A DNA stretch of 26,210 nucleotides from an uncultured bacterium (GTDB lineage Bacteria > Eisenbacteria > RBG-16-71-46). Below the pieces are notes generated by a model. The model did not search any database. It had not been told where the DNA came from and saw only the letters and a list, made by a program, of their open reading frames with translations. Location: contig CAZADU010000130.1 in NCBI GenBank assembly GCA_964483945.1, forward strand, positions 1 through 26,210, given 5' to 3'. The position numbers were made by a program, and so were the translations under genes. Below, one piece after another: positions 1-7,927 of this stretch. How positions within the stretch are numbered: the stretch's first letter is position 1; the number at the start of each line of letters is the position of its first letter.

Positions 1-692
1 TTCAGCGTGCTCGTGAAGTCGTTCCACGAGTAGATCCCGCCGCACACGCCGAGCGTGCTGCCGTTGGGCAGCGCCTCGCCCACGGCGAACGCCGCCGCGA
101 CGGCGCGTCCGACCTCGCCGGGGTCCCCGGCGTGGATCACGCGCGCGGCCGTGTCCATGGGCACCGCCCAGCCTCGGCGCCCGGTGGGCAGCGGCTGAGG
201 CGGCATCATCGTGGTGAGGTTCGTGTAGTAGAACGGCGCCTCAACGAACGTGTGCCGCGCGAATCCCGCCGCACGCACCGCATCGTCCACGCGCGCCTTG
301 CCGGTGAAGTGCACGGCGTGCAGCTTGCCGCCGGACAGCTTCTCGACATTGGGCAGTGTGGACCATACGAAGTGCTGCACGCCCGCCACGCGCGCAGCTT
401 TCACCGCCGCAGTACCGATCTCGGCCTCGCGCGCACCCTGCTGCGGGTCCCAGAAGTTCGTGACCAGAAACGCGCCATGGGCACCCGCGAACAGCGCATC
501 GAGCCCGCCCGCCACGAGCAGGTCGCCCTTCACCACGTCGACCCCGCGTGACGCGAGTGCCAGCGCCGCCGCTCCATTCGGATTCCGGCTCGCGACCCGC
601 ACCTTGAACCCGCCCTGGGCCAGCAGCGCATCCACGACCCCACCACCCTGCGACCCCGTACCCCCGACCACTGCGATCACACGCTGTGACAT
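1..692 (-). CDS. NmrA/HSCARG-family NAD(P)-binding protein (3' end runs off the window)
   Basis: Not in the ORF track; translated by hand from ATG at 692: MSQRVIAVVGGTGSQGGGVVDALLAQGGFKVRVASRNP (Rossmann GxTGxQG typical of the NmrA family). The same frame at the window edge reads GVCGGIYSWNDFTSTL. SD-like AGGAG lies just upstream. Confidence 0.9.
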   Translation of the reverse strand, partial: MSQRVIAVVGGTGSQGGGVVDALLAQGGFKVRVASRNPNGAAALALASRGVDVVKGDLLVAGGLDALFAGAHGAFLVTNFWDPQQGAREAEIGTAAVKAARVAGVQHFVWSTLPNVEKLSGGKLHAVHFTGKARVDDAVRAAGFARHTFVEAPFYYTNLTTMMPPQPLPTGRRGWAVPMDTAARVIHAGDPGEVGRAVAAAFAVGEALPNGSTLGVCGGIYSWNDFTSTL

Positions 693-852
693 GACTGACT
701 CCTGGTTGGAAGCCTCTGGTCCACCACACCCTTGACCCAGTTAGATGTCACAACACACTTAAGGGCTCGGCCTTTCTCCCGGGTTGTTCGCCGGATCACC
801 GGGGTGGGGCCTGGCAGGAGCCCGCCGCCCAGAGCCTCTCGCCCAGCCGGGG

Positions 853-879
853 GTGTGGGGGTTCAGGTGCCTCTCACAC
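853..879. repeat. short GC-rich hairpin (9-bp stem with two G-U pairs)
   Basis: GTGTGGGGG (853-861) pairs with CTCTCACAC (871-879). Confidence 0.4.
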
Positions 880-906
880 GCACGCCAGTTGGTGTTCGCC
901 TGCTCG

Positions 907-1015
907 GGGGCTCGGGGCCTGCAATCGAGGGAAAGGGGCGAGAGCGGAGACCGTCCGATAGGGCGCGACTGCACAGGCGACGGGGCCCCGCCCTCGATTG
1001 CAGGCCCCGAGCCCC
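907..1015. repeat. perfect 25-bp inverted repeat with 59-nt spacer (REP/MITE-like palindrome); imperfect extension to about 893-1029
   Basis: GGGGCTCGGGGCCTGCAATCGAGGG (907-931) is the exact reverse complement of CCCTCGATTGCAGGCCCCGAGCCCC (991-1015). Outer TGTTCG/CCTG (893-902) matches CAGG/CGAACA (1017-1029). Confidence 0.9.
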
Positions 1016-1077
1016 ACAGGCGTCGAACAATGAATCAGCACCAGAGCAAACGGGCCAACGACGCCAGCACGACAGAC

Positions 1078-2298
1078 CTATCGCAACCAACTCTCCGGAT
1101 TCAGCGGAGCCGACCCCTTGCGCACTTCGAAGTGCAACATCGGCCCCTTCAACGATCCCGTCTCGCCCGACGAACCGATCACCGCCCCCGGTGACACCTC
1201 GCCGCCCGAGCTCACCGACACCTCGGACAAGTGGCTATAGATCGTGTAGTAGCCGTTGCCATGGTTGAGCACCACCATGCCGCCCACGCCCTCGTAGTCG
1301 TCGTTCGCGTAGTCCACGCGCCCGCGCGCCACCGCCCGCACCGGAGTGCCCACCGGCACCGCGATGTCGATGCCGTCATTGCGAACCTGCGTGCCGAACC
1401 GCGGATGCGTTTCGATGCCCATGCGGCCGACCACGCTGCCCTGCACCGGCCAGTCGAGCTGGCCCTGGCCGCGCTCGAAGTCGCCGCTGTAGGGCTGCGG
1501 CACGCGCCCCTCGCCGCGCGCCTTGTCGGCCTCGAGGCGGCGCTGGCGCTCGAGGCGCGCGAGCAGCCCGGCCAGCGCGCGGGCGCTGCGCTCCAGTTCG
1601 GCCGCGGCCGCTTCGTACTCCTCGCGCTTGGACTGGATCTGCTTCACGGTCGTGGCGCGGTTCTGCCGCAGCTTGATCAGCTTGTCGGATTCGCGCGTGG
1701 TGCGCTGCGCGTTCACCGACACCTCGCGCAGGTTGGCCTGCAGCCGCCTCTCGTTCGCCTCGACGCGCTCCTTCTCGGTCATCACGCTCTCGAGCAGCAG
1801 TTGGTCCTGTTCGGCCAGCATCTGCAGGAAGTCCCAGCGCATCATGAGTCCAGCGAACGAGCGCGTGGAGATCAGGAACTCCAGCTCGTGCGCCTGGCCT
1901 TCCATGTACATGCGGCGAAGGCGCTTCGCGAGGCGAGTACGCTGCTGCTGCAGTGTGGCCGCACTGCGCTGCAGGTTGGCGCGTGCCAGTTCCAGCTGCT
2001 GGTCGAGACGCTCGCGGCGGTATCGCAGCGTGCGCAGCCGGCGCCGCGTGCCCGACAGCTCCTTCTCGGTGCGCTTGAGCGCACCCAGAGCCTTCGTCTC
2101 CTGGCCCTTGAGCGCGCCGGCCTGCGCGCGCTTCTCCTGCGCCTGCCTCTGGAGCATCTCGAGCTCCTGGCGCTTGGCGGCCTCGAGACTGTCCTGCGCG
2201 TGCAGTCCGGCGGGCAGCACCAGCAGAAGTGCGGCGCCCAGCGCGGCAAGACCGGCGCCGGCGCGGCGAAGTGCCCGTGCGGGACGCGAGCGGGTCAC
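1078..2298 (-). CDS. envC: EnvC-like murein hydrolase activator (signal/TM, long coiled coil, degenerate M23/LytM domain)
   Basis: C-terminal part of track ORF 1078..3054. The real start is probably GTG 2298, overlapping the ftsX stop (GTGA). Hydrophobic leader, about 250-aa coiled coil, then LytM fold (WPVQGSVV...GIDIAVPVGTPVRAVARGRV...YYTIYSHL...LHFEVR). Directly downstream of ftsEX. Confidence 0.88.
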   Translation of the reverse strand: MTRSRPARALRRAGAGLAALGAALLLVLPAGLHAQDSLEAAKRQELEMLQRQAQEKRAQAGALKGQETKALGALKRTEKELSGTRRRLRTLRYRRERLDQQLELARANLQRSAATLQQQRTRLAKRLRRMYMEGQAHELEFLISTRSFAGLMMRWDFLQMLAEQDQLLLESVMTEKERVEANERRLQANLREVSVNAQRTTRESDKLIKLRQNRATTVKQIQSKREEYEAAAAELERSARALAGLLARLERQRRLEADKARGEGRVPQPYSGDFERGQGQLDWPVQGSVVGRMGIETHPRFGTQVRNDGIDIAVPVGTPVRAVARGRVDYANDDYEGVGGMVVLNHGNGYYTIYSHLSEVSVSSGGEVSPGAVIGSSGETGSLKGPMLHFEVRKGSAPLNPESWLR

Positions 2299-3152
2299 GA
2301 GCCGATGTTCCTCAAGATTCTCGTGAGTGCGGCCGCCGAGGCCACCCAGGCCACCGCAAGCGCGCCCGCGATGAACGCCAGTGAAGTCGTCCACGGCAGG
2401 AACGTGAGCCCGTCCAACCTTGATGCGACCACCTGCTGCAGCACGAACACCAGCAGCAGTGCCACGACCGCGGCCACGGTCATGTGCATGAGCGCTTCGA
2501 ACATGTAGGGCATCGCGATGAACCGATCGGACGCGCCCAGCCGCAACATGACCTCGACCTGCTGCCGGCGCGCGATGACCGTCAGGCGCAGCGTGTTGAA
2601 CAACACCAGTGCAATGGCCAGCGCCACCACCGCGCCCACCGACCAGGTGGCGGTTCGCACACCGCCCGAGAACCGGTCGAGCCGGCGCACATACTCGGCG
2701 CCGTAGCGCACGTCCTCGACTTCGGTGAACTCCAGCACCTGGTTCGCGGCCTGCTCCATCGCCGCGAAGCTCAGCAGCTCGGGCTTGAGCCGCACGCGAA
2801 TGGACGCGGGCAGCGGGTTGTCCTCCACGCCCGAGAGCAGGTCTGGATCGCCGATCTGGTCCGTGAGCTCCTGCCACGCCTGCTTGCGGTCCACGTAGGT
2901 CGGCTCGCCGAAGTACTGGCGCACCTTGTCCATGAGCACGCCGAGATCGCTGTCGGTCACACCGTCCTTCAGGTACACGATCATCTCGCGCCGGTCGCCA
3001 ATCGCGCGCAGCGCCTGCCGCGCGTTGTGGTCGAGCAGCACGAACAACCCGCACAGCGTGAGCGAGGCGGTGAGCGAGAGCACGGAGGTGATCGCAAGGC
3101 CGCGGTGCGCGCGAAATCCGCGCCAGGCCTCGCGCCAGAAGTAGAGACGCAT
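2295..3152 (-). CDS. ftsX: cell division permease-like protein FtsX
   Basis: N-terminal MRLYFWREAWRGFRAHRGL plus TM, periplasmic loop with NPLPASIRV, VEDVRYG, and the IARRQQVEVMLRLGASDRFIAMPYMFE motif; lies between ftsE and envC. Confidence 0.93.
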   Translation of the reverse strand: MRLYFWREAWRGFRAHRGLAITSVLSLTASLTLCGLFVLLDHNARQALRAIGDRREMIVYLKDGVTDSDLGVLMDKVRQYFGEPTYVDRKQAWQELTDQIGDPDLLSGVEDNPLPASIRVRLKPELLSFAAMEQAANQVLEFTEVEDVRYGAEYVRRLDRFSGGVRTATWSVGAVVALAIALVLFNTLRLTVIARRQQVEVMLRLGASDRFIAMPYMFEALMHMTVAAVVALLLVFVLQQVVASRLDGLTFLPWTTSLAFIAGALAVAWVASAAALTRILRNIGS

Positions 3153-3154
3153 GC

Positions 3155-3928
3155 TCAGGCTCCTCCCGCCGCGGGCGGCGTGAACAGATCGGGCGACTTG
3201 GGCATCGGATGCTCGCCCGAGGGGGTCGCGGTCCGCGGCGGCGCGGGCGCCGGCACCGGGCTGGTGCCCGGTGTGACTTCGCGCAGGTGGCCCTCTTCGA
3301 TCACGTAGCGACGGCCGCCGATGACGTTGGCGACCTCGGCGCGTGTGGTGCCGACCAGCAGGGCGGCTCCCTCGCGTTGGATGCGCAGCAGCAGCGACAG
3401 CACTTCAGCGGCGCTCTTGGGCTCGAGCGCACCCGTGGGCTCGTCGGCCAGGATGAGCGCCGGTCGAGTGACGATGGCCCGCGCGATCGCACAGCGCTGG
3501 CGCTCGCCGAACGACAACTCGGCCGGCAACAGGTCGCGATGCGCGTCGAGCCCCGCCTCTTCGAGCGCGCGGCGCACCTTGGGCGTGACCTCGGCGTCCG
3601 TGAACTGGCCGCCGATGTGCAATGCGAGCGCCACGTTCTCGTACACGCTGCGGTCCGCCAGCAGCCGGAAGTCCTCGTAGATCACGCCGATGGTGCGACG
3701 GAGCAGCGCGCGGTGCGCGCGCGTCAAATGACCGCCGCGAAACGTGCCCACCGTGACCACGCCCGAGCTGGGCTGCGTCTCGTGCGTGATGAGCCGCAGC
3801 ATCGTGGTCTTACCGGCGGCACTGTGGCCCAGCACGACGGCGCACTCGCCCTCGTCCATGCGCCACGTCACATCGTCGAGCGCGAGGCGCTCTCCGTAGC
3901 GCTTCGTCACGTGCTCGAATGAGATCAT
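3155..3928 (-). CDS. ftsE: FtsE-like ABC ATPase subunit with degenerate catalytic motifs and a Pro-rich C-terminal tail
   Basis: ATG 3928 with SD GGAGG. MISFEHVTKRY, Walker A GHSAAGKT, DFRLL..RSVYENVAL, Walker B LILADEPTG; immediately upstream of ftsX. Confidence 0.85.
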   Translation of the reverse strand: MISFEHVTKRYGERLALDDVTWRMDEGECAVVLGHSAAGKTTMLRLITHETQPSSGVVTVGTFRGGHLTRAHRALLRRTIGVIYEDFRLLADRSVYENVALALHIGGQFTDAEVTPKVRRALEEAGLDAHRDLLPAELSFGERQRCAIARAIVTRPALILADEPTGALEPKSAAEVLSLLLRIQREGAALLVGTTRAEVANVIGGRRYVIEEGHLREVTPGTSPVPAPAPPRTATPSGEHPMPKSPDLFTPPAAGGA

Positions 3929-3985
3929 CGCGCCCTCCTGGCGGATGCACACGGGGCCGCGATCAGCGCCGCCCCGTGGCGGGGT

Positions 3986-5407
3986 CTACATGCCGCGGTA
4001 CTCGATCTGGGCCTTGCTGCGCAGCGTCTTGAGCCACGCGTCGTACTTCTCGCGGAAGTACACCTGTGCGACGGCTTCGGGCAGGTCGTTCTTGATCTCG
4101 GCCAGCTCGTAGGAGCGCTCGGGCTTGCGGTCCGTGACCTTGAAGATGTTGAAGCCCTGCGGGTTCGTCAGCACCGCGCTCACCTCGCCCGGCTGCAACG
4201 GCTCGAGCCCGGCACGGATGTTGGGCTGCAGTGCCGCCATGCTCAGGAATCCGACATCGCCGTCGGAGCCGACCTGGCCCTGGTACGTGCTGTGGCGCTT
4301 CGCCAACGCGCCGAAGTCAGCACCCTTGGCGGCGGCCTGCTCGCGCACGCGCCCGGTCAACTGGAACGCTCGCTCGATGTCGGCCTCGGTCGGCGTGACC
4401 TTCACCAGGATGTGGCGCGCGTGCGCCTCGACCACCGGCTGCCCGCCGGCGTCGAGCGAGTCCTTGCCCGCGGGGCTGCGCACCGTGTCGCGCTCGATGG
4501 GCTCGACCAGATGCCAGCCATACGGCGTGCGCACCGGCTGCGACACCCTGCCGAGTGGCAGCTCAAAAGCCGCGACCTCGAGGGCGGGCTCCATCTGGCC
4601 GCGACGGAAGTAGCCCAGATCGCCGCCGGAGTTCGCACTGCTCGGGTCGTCGCTCGTCTCGGCTGCGACCTTGGCGAACTTCTCGCCCGCGACGAGCCGC
4701 TTGCGCACACCGTCGATCTTCGCACGGCCCGCCTTGAGCGCGGCAGAATCCGGCGACGGCGTGATCTGGATGACCGACAACCGCAGCTGTGCCGGCACCT
4801 GCGGGAATTTGGATTTGTTCGCCACGTAGTACGCCTCGGCCTCGGCTTGGGCCACGGGCTTCATGGGCAGCACCTTCTTCACGAGACGATCGGCGACCAT
4901 CTGGCGCTCGAGGTCGGTCTTGTAGCGATCGCGCAGGCGCGCCTCGGTGGTGTTCTCTTTCGCGAGCTGCTGCGCGAAGGCGGCGTCACCACCCAGCCGC
5001 TGCTTGGCATCGGCCAGGGCGGCCTCGACCTGCTTGTTCACCTCGGCCGGGGCCACGGTGATGCCCTGGCGCTTGGCCTCGGCGATCAGCAGCTTCTCGT
5101 CGATCAGTTGGTCGAGCACCTGGCGTCGGAGCGTGTCCACCTGTGCAGAGTCCGGCCGCGCCTGTGCGCGCTGCAGGAACATGAACAACTGCTCCTCGAC
5201 ATCGCTCGCCAGCACCGGCTCGTCGTTCACCATCGCGGCAATGGCGTCGAGTGCGACGTTGTTGCCGACGGGGCTCGGCGCGCTCGCGCGAGCGGGGGCC
5301 GGGGCCGCCGCGGCGGGCGGGGCGGCGGGCTTGGGGGCTTGCGCCAGCGCCGGGATCGCCAGCGCGGTGAGCAGCAGCAGGGCCGGCCATGCGGCGTGGC
5401 GGGTCAT
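3986..5407 (-). CDS. surA: SurA-type periplasmic chaperone / peptidyl-prolyl isomerase
   Basis: Signal peptide and Ala/Pro linker, SurA N-domain (DAIAAMVNDEPVLASDVE...RRQVLDQLIDEKLL), parvulin motifs (FAKVAAETSDDPSSANSGGDLGYF...VSQPVRTPYGWHL; HARHILVK). Start is ATG 5407 or in-frame TTG 5416, which has GGAGG 9 nt upstream. Confidence 0.88.
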   Translation of the reverse strand: MTRHAAWPALLLLTALAIPALAQAPKPAAPPAAAAPAPARASAPSPVGNNVALDAIAAMVNDEPVLASDVEEQLFMFLQRAQARPDSAQVDTLRRQVLDQLIDEKLLIAEAKRQGITVAPAEVNKQVEAALADAKQRLGGDAAFAQQLAKENTTEARLRDRYKTDLERQMVADRLVKKVLPMKPVAQAEAEAYYVANKSKFPQVPAQLRLSVIQITPSPDSAALKAGRAKIDGVRKRLVAGEKFAKVAAETSDDPSSANSGGDLGYFRRGQMEPALEVAAFELPLGRVSQPVRTPYGWHLVEPIERDTVRSPAGKDSLDAGGQPVVEAHARHILVKVTPTEADIERAFQLTGRVREQAAAKGADFGALAKRHSTYQGQVGSDGDVGFLSMAALQPNIRAGLEPLQPGEVSAVLTNPQGFNIFKVTDRKPERSYELAEIKNDLPEAVAQVYFREKYDAWLKTLRSKAQIEYRGM

Positions 5408-5487
5408 CGCGGACAAGGGACAGGACCTCCGATCCGGAGCGGGACGGGCGAGGGGGGAGGCCACCCGCCATAAGTCTGCATTCACGA

Positions 5488-5519
5488 AGCGCGGGCCAGT
5501 ATAGCGACTGACCCGCGCT
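5488..5519. promoter_or_regulatory. palindrome overlapping a candidate minus-strand -10 hexamer (TATACT, 5503-5498) upstream of surA-ftsEX-envC
   Basis: AGCGCGGG-C-CAGT-[ATAGCG]-ACTG-A-CCCGCGCT; AGTATA on plus equals TATACT on minus. No convincing -35. Confidence 0.3.
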
Positions 5520-5818
5520 CCGCCCACCCGGTACGGCCGCAAGGGGCGCGACATTCCCTTGGGCGGAGAGGATTTGCGCTTCCGGAACAGAGCGAAGCCC
5601 GCAAGCGGCCCGGCTGGGGCAGCGTACCCGCTCACGCCAGGCCCAGCGGGTCACGACGCGCTCGCCTCACGCCGTGGCTGGCGGGTCGCGACCGGCTCAC
5701 GCAGCCCCCGGCGGGCGGGGCCCGCGCTCGCCTCCAGCTCCCCGCGCCCGGAACGGTCCCGCCCGCGCTGGGGCAGTGGACCGCTGCGCGCGTCCCGCCG
5801 CTGTGGGAAGGTGGTCGT

Positions 5819-7927
5819 GTGACCTCCGATGTGCGAATCCGGCGCGTACTCGCCGTGGCCGCGCTGCTGGCCGGCTTCGGCATGGCGCTACCGCGGTTCC
5901 TGACGCACGGCCCATACCCGCGCCTGGGTGCCGCGATCGGCGATGGCGGCGTGGTGCAGCGAGTGCTGGGACCGCCCGCTCGCGGCATCCTGCAGCCGGG
6001 CGACCAACTGCGCACGCTCAACGGCTCGCTGCTCGCCGATTCCAGCGTGCGCGCGCGACTCGCCGCCGAAGGCTGGCCGCGCGGCCCCCTCGACCTCGAG
6101 TTCGAGCGCGAGGGCGTGCTGCGCCGCGTCACGCTACCGCCCACGCGTCTGTCGCCATGGGAGCGGTTCCGCCTCTCGGCCTACCCCATCGCGGTGGCGA
6201 TGCTCGCACCACTGGTGGCGTTCCTGCTGGTGTGGCGGCGCCCGGACCTGGGAACCGCGTGGGTCTTTCTATGGTACGCCACGCTCGATGGTCTGGGCGT
6301 GTTGCGCACGGTGTTCCCGCATGCGCAAGTGCAAGCCGATCTGCTGTTCCAGGCCTACCTGTTCTCGTACGACGCGCTGGTGCTGCTCTACCCGGCGAGC
6401 TTCGTGCACTTCATGTCGGTGTTCCCGCGGCCGCGCTGGCGCGCCGGCTCGCGCGCGCGCAATCCGTGGTTCTGGCTCACCCTTGTGAGCTACGCACTGC
6501 CGCTGCTGGTGGCGTTCGTGGGCGCGGACGCCGTGCCTCCCGAAGTGCTCGGCGTGTGGTACCCGGGGGCCGCTGCGGTCTTTGGCACGGCGTCGCTGCT
6601 GCTGCGCTACAGCCGCAGCGAACCGGGTTGGTCGCCGACGGCCTCGCAGCGTGTGCTCGCCGTGGTCGTCGCGCTCACCATGCTCGTCAGCAACCTGGCA
6701 CTCGGCGGCGACCGCGTGGACCCGCTGCTCGCCGCAGCCACACCCACCGCACCCGTGCACGTGCTGCTCTCGATCGTGTTGGCCCTGTGGCTCGCCACGC
6801 CGATCCTGCTGTCGTACCTGATCGCCGACGACGCCCTGTTCGACCCCCGCCGCCTGATCGTGGGCGGGCTGCCCTACGCGCTGCTGTCGGGGCTGCTGGC
6901 CGCCATCTACCTGGCCGTGGTCTTCGGCGGCCAGCGGCTGTTCGCCACCGTCACCGGCGAGCAGGCTCTCGTGTTCAACGTCATCGCCGCGCTCATCCTG
7001 GCATTCGCGTTCGCGCCGCTGCGTGAGCGCGTGCAGCGCGCCATCGCGCGCGTCTACGGGCGCGACCCCGAAGCGCTGCGCGCCGCGCTCGACGACGCCG
7101 GCGACAGCCTGCTCTCGGCCCTCGACCGCGACGAGGTGCGCGCCTCGGTAGAGGTCGGCATCGAACGCGGGCTGCACCGTCGCGTCGCACTGCACTGGCC
7201 CGAGAACGCCCCGCCGTCGCTGGCCGCAGCCGCGCAGGTGCCCGACTTCGCGCGCGGACCCATCACCGCGCTCTTGAAGCAAGCCGGCGTGCGCCTCGAC
7301 AACCTGCGGCTCACCGCCGAGCGCGCCTCAGCCACGCGCGCGGAACTGCGCGCGCTGCAAGCGCAGGTGCAGCCGCACTTCCTGTTCAATGCCTTGAACG
7401 CGCTCGCCTACCTGATCGAAGCGGATCCCATGGCCGCGCAGCGGTTCACCGGGCGGCTCGCCGACATGCTGCGCTACACGGTCGAGGCCGGGAAACACCA
7501 AGCCGCGCTGCTCTCGGACGAGATCGGGTTCGTCGAGGACTATCTGGGCGTGGCGCGCGAGCGCTACGAGAACCCGCTGCACTTCCGCTATCGCGGTGAC
7601 CCGTCGCTGCTGTCGGCGTCGGTGCCGCCGCTGCTGCTGCAGCCGTTGGTCGAGAACAGCCTGAAGCACGGCATCTCGGCGTCCGGCGGGTCGCTGCGCA
7701 TGACGCTGGATGCCAAGTACACGGACGGCTGGTTCGAACTGGAGTTTGCCGACGACGGGGTGCCGCACGGGAACGGCGCGCCGAGTCTCGGCATTGGGTT
7801 GGACAACCTGGAATCGCGCGTGCGGCACTTCGCAGGGCCGAACGCGCGCGTGCAGGCCACACCACGAGGCGACGGGGGATTCTCCGTGCGCATGGCGTGG
7901 CCGGTCCCGACCGGAGGAAGCGAGTGA
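5819..7927 (+). CDS. LytS/YehU-family sensor histidine kinase with N-terminal PDZ-like domain and multiple TM helices
   Basis: PDZ-like VVQRVLGPPARGILQPGDQLRTLNG, many hydrophobic segments, H-box ELRALQAQVQPHFLFNALN, N-box LLLQPLVENSLKHG, and FADDGV...GIGLDNLESR. Confidence 0.92.
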   Translation: MTSDVRIRRVLAVAALLAGFGMALPRFLTHGPYPRLGAAIGDGGVVQRVLGPPARGILQPGDQLRTLNGSLLADSSVRARLAAEGWPRGPLDLEFEREGVLRRVTLPPTRLSPWERFRLSAYPIAVAMLAPLVAFLLVWRRPDLGTAWVFLWYATLDGLGVLRTVFPHAQVQADLLFQAYLFSYDALVLLYPASFVHFMSVFPRPRWRAGSRARNPWFWLTLVSYALPLLVAFVGADAVPPEVLGVWYPGAAAVFGTASLLLRYSRSEPGWSPTASQRVLAVVVALTMLVSNLALGGDRVDPLLAAATPTAPVHVLLSIVLALWLATPILLSYLIADDALFDPRRLIVGGLPYALLSGLLAAIYLAVVFGGQRLFATVTGEQALVFNVIAALILAFAFAPLRERVQRAIARVYGRDPEALRAALDDAGDSLLSALDRDEVRASVEVGIERGLHRRVALHWPENAPPSLAAAAQVPDFARGPITALLKQAGVRLDNLRLTAERASATRAELRALQAQVQPHFLFNALNALAYLIEADPMAAQRFTGRLADMLRYTVEAGKHQAALLSDEIGFVEDYLGVARERYENPLHFRYRGDPSLLSASVPPLLLQPLVENSLKHGISASGGSLRMTLDAKYTDGWFELEFADDGVPHGNGAPSLGIGLDNLESRVRHFAGPNARVQATPRGDGGFSVRMAWPVPTGGSE

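Noticed and set aside
737-763. CCAGTTAGA / ACACTTAAG as a LytTR (AgrA-like) direct-repeat site upstream of nmrA
   Set aside because: The period is 18 bp rather than about 21 bp, the second half-site is a poor match, and it is 5 kb from the LytTR gene.
893-1029. Long hairpin as 6S RNA or SRP RNA
   Set aside because: No SRP helix-8 motif or 6S-type central bubble with flanking stems could be recognised.
732-1268. Small ORFs across the envC-nmrA intergenic region (732..1268+, 784..1194+, 863..1090-) sharing the peptide GARGLQSR
   Set aside because: The shared peptide is just the inverted repeat translated on both strands; there is no SD or protein-like composition.
5440-5460. G-tract cluster as a G-quadruplex upstream of surA
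   Set aside because: The tracts do not give four clean G3 runs with loops, and such runs are common at this GC content.
5631-5702. CTCACGC repeated at 5631, 5666 and 5696 upstream of the kinase
   Set aside because: Irregular spacing (35 and 30 bp); a 7-mer in GC-rich DNA is not distinguishable from chance by eye.
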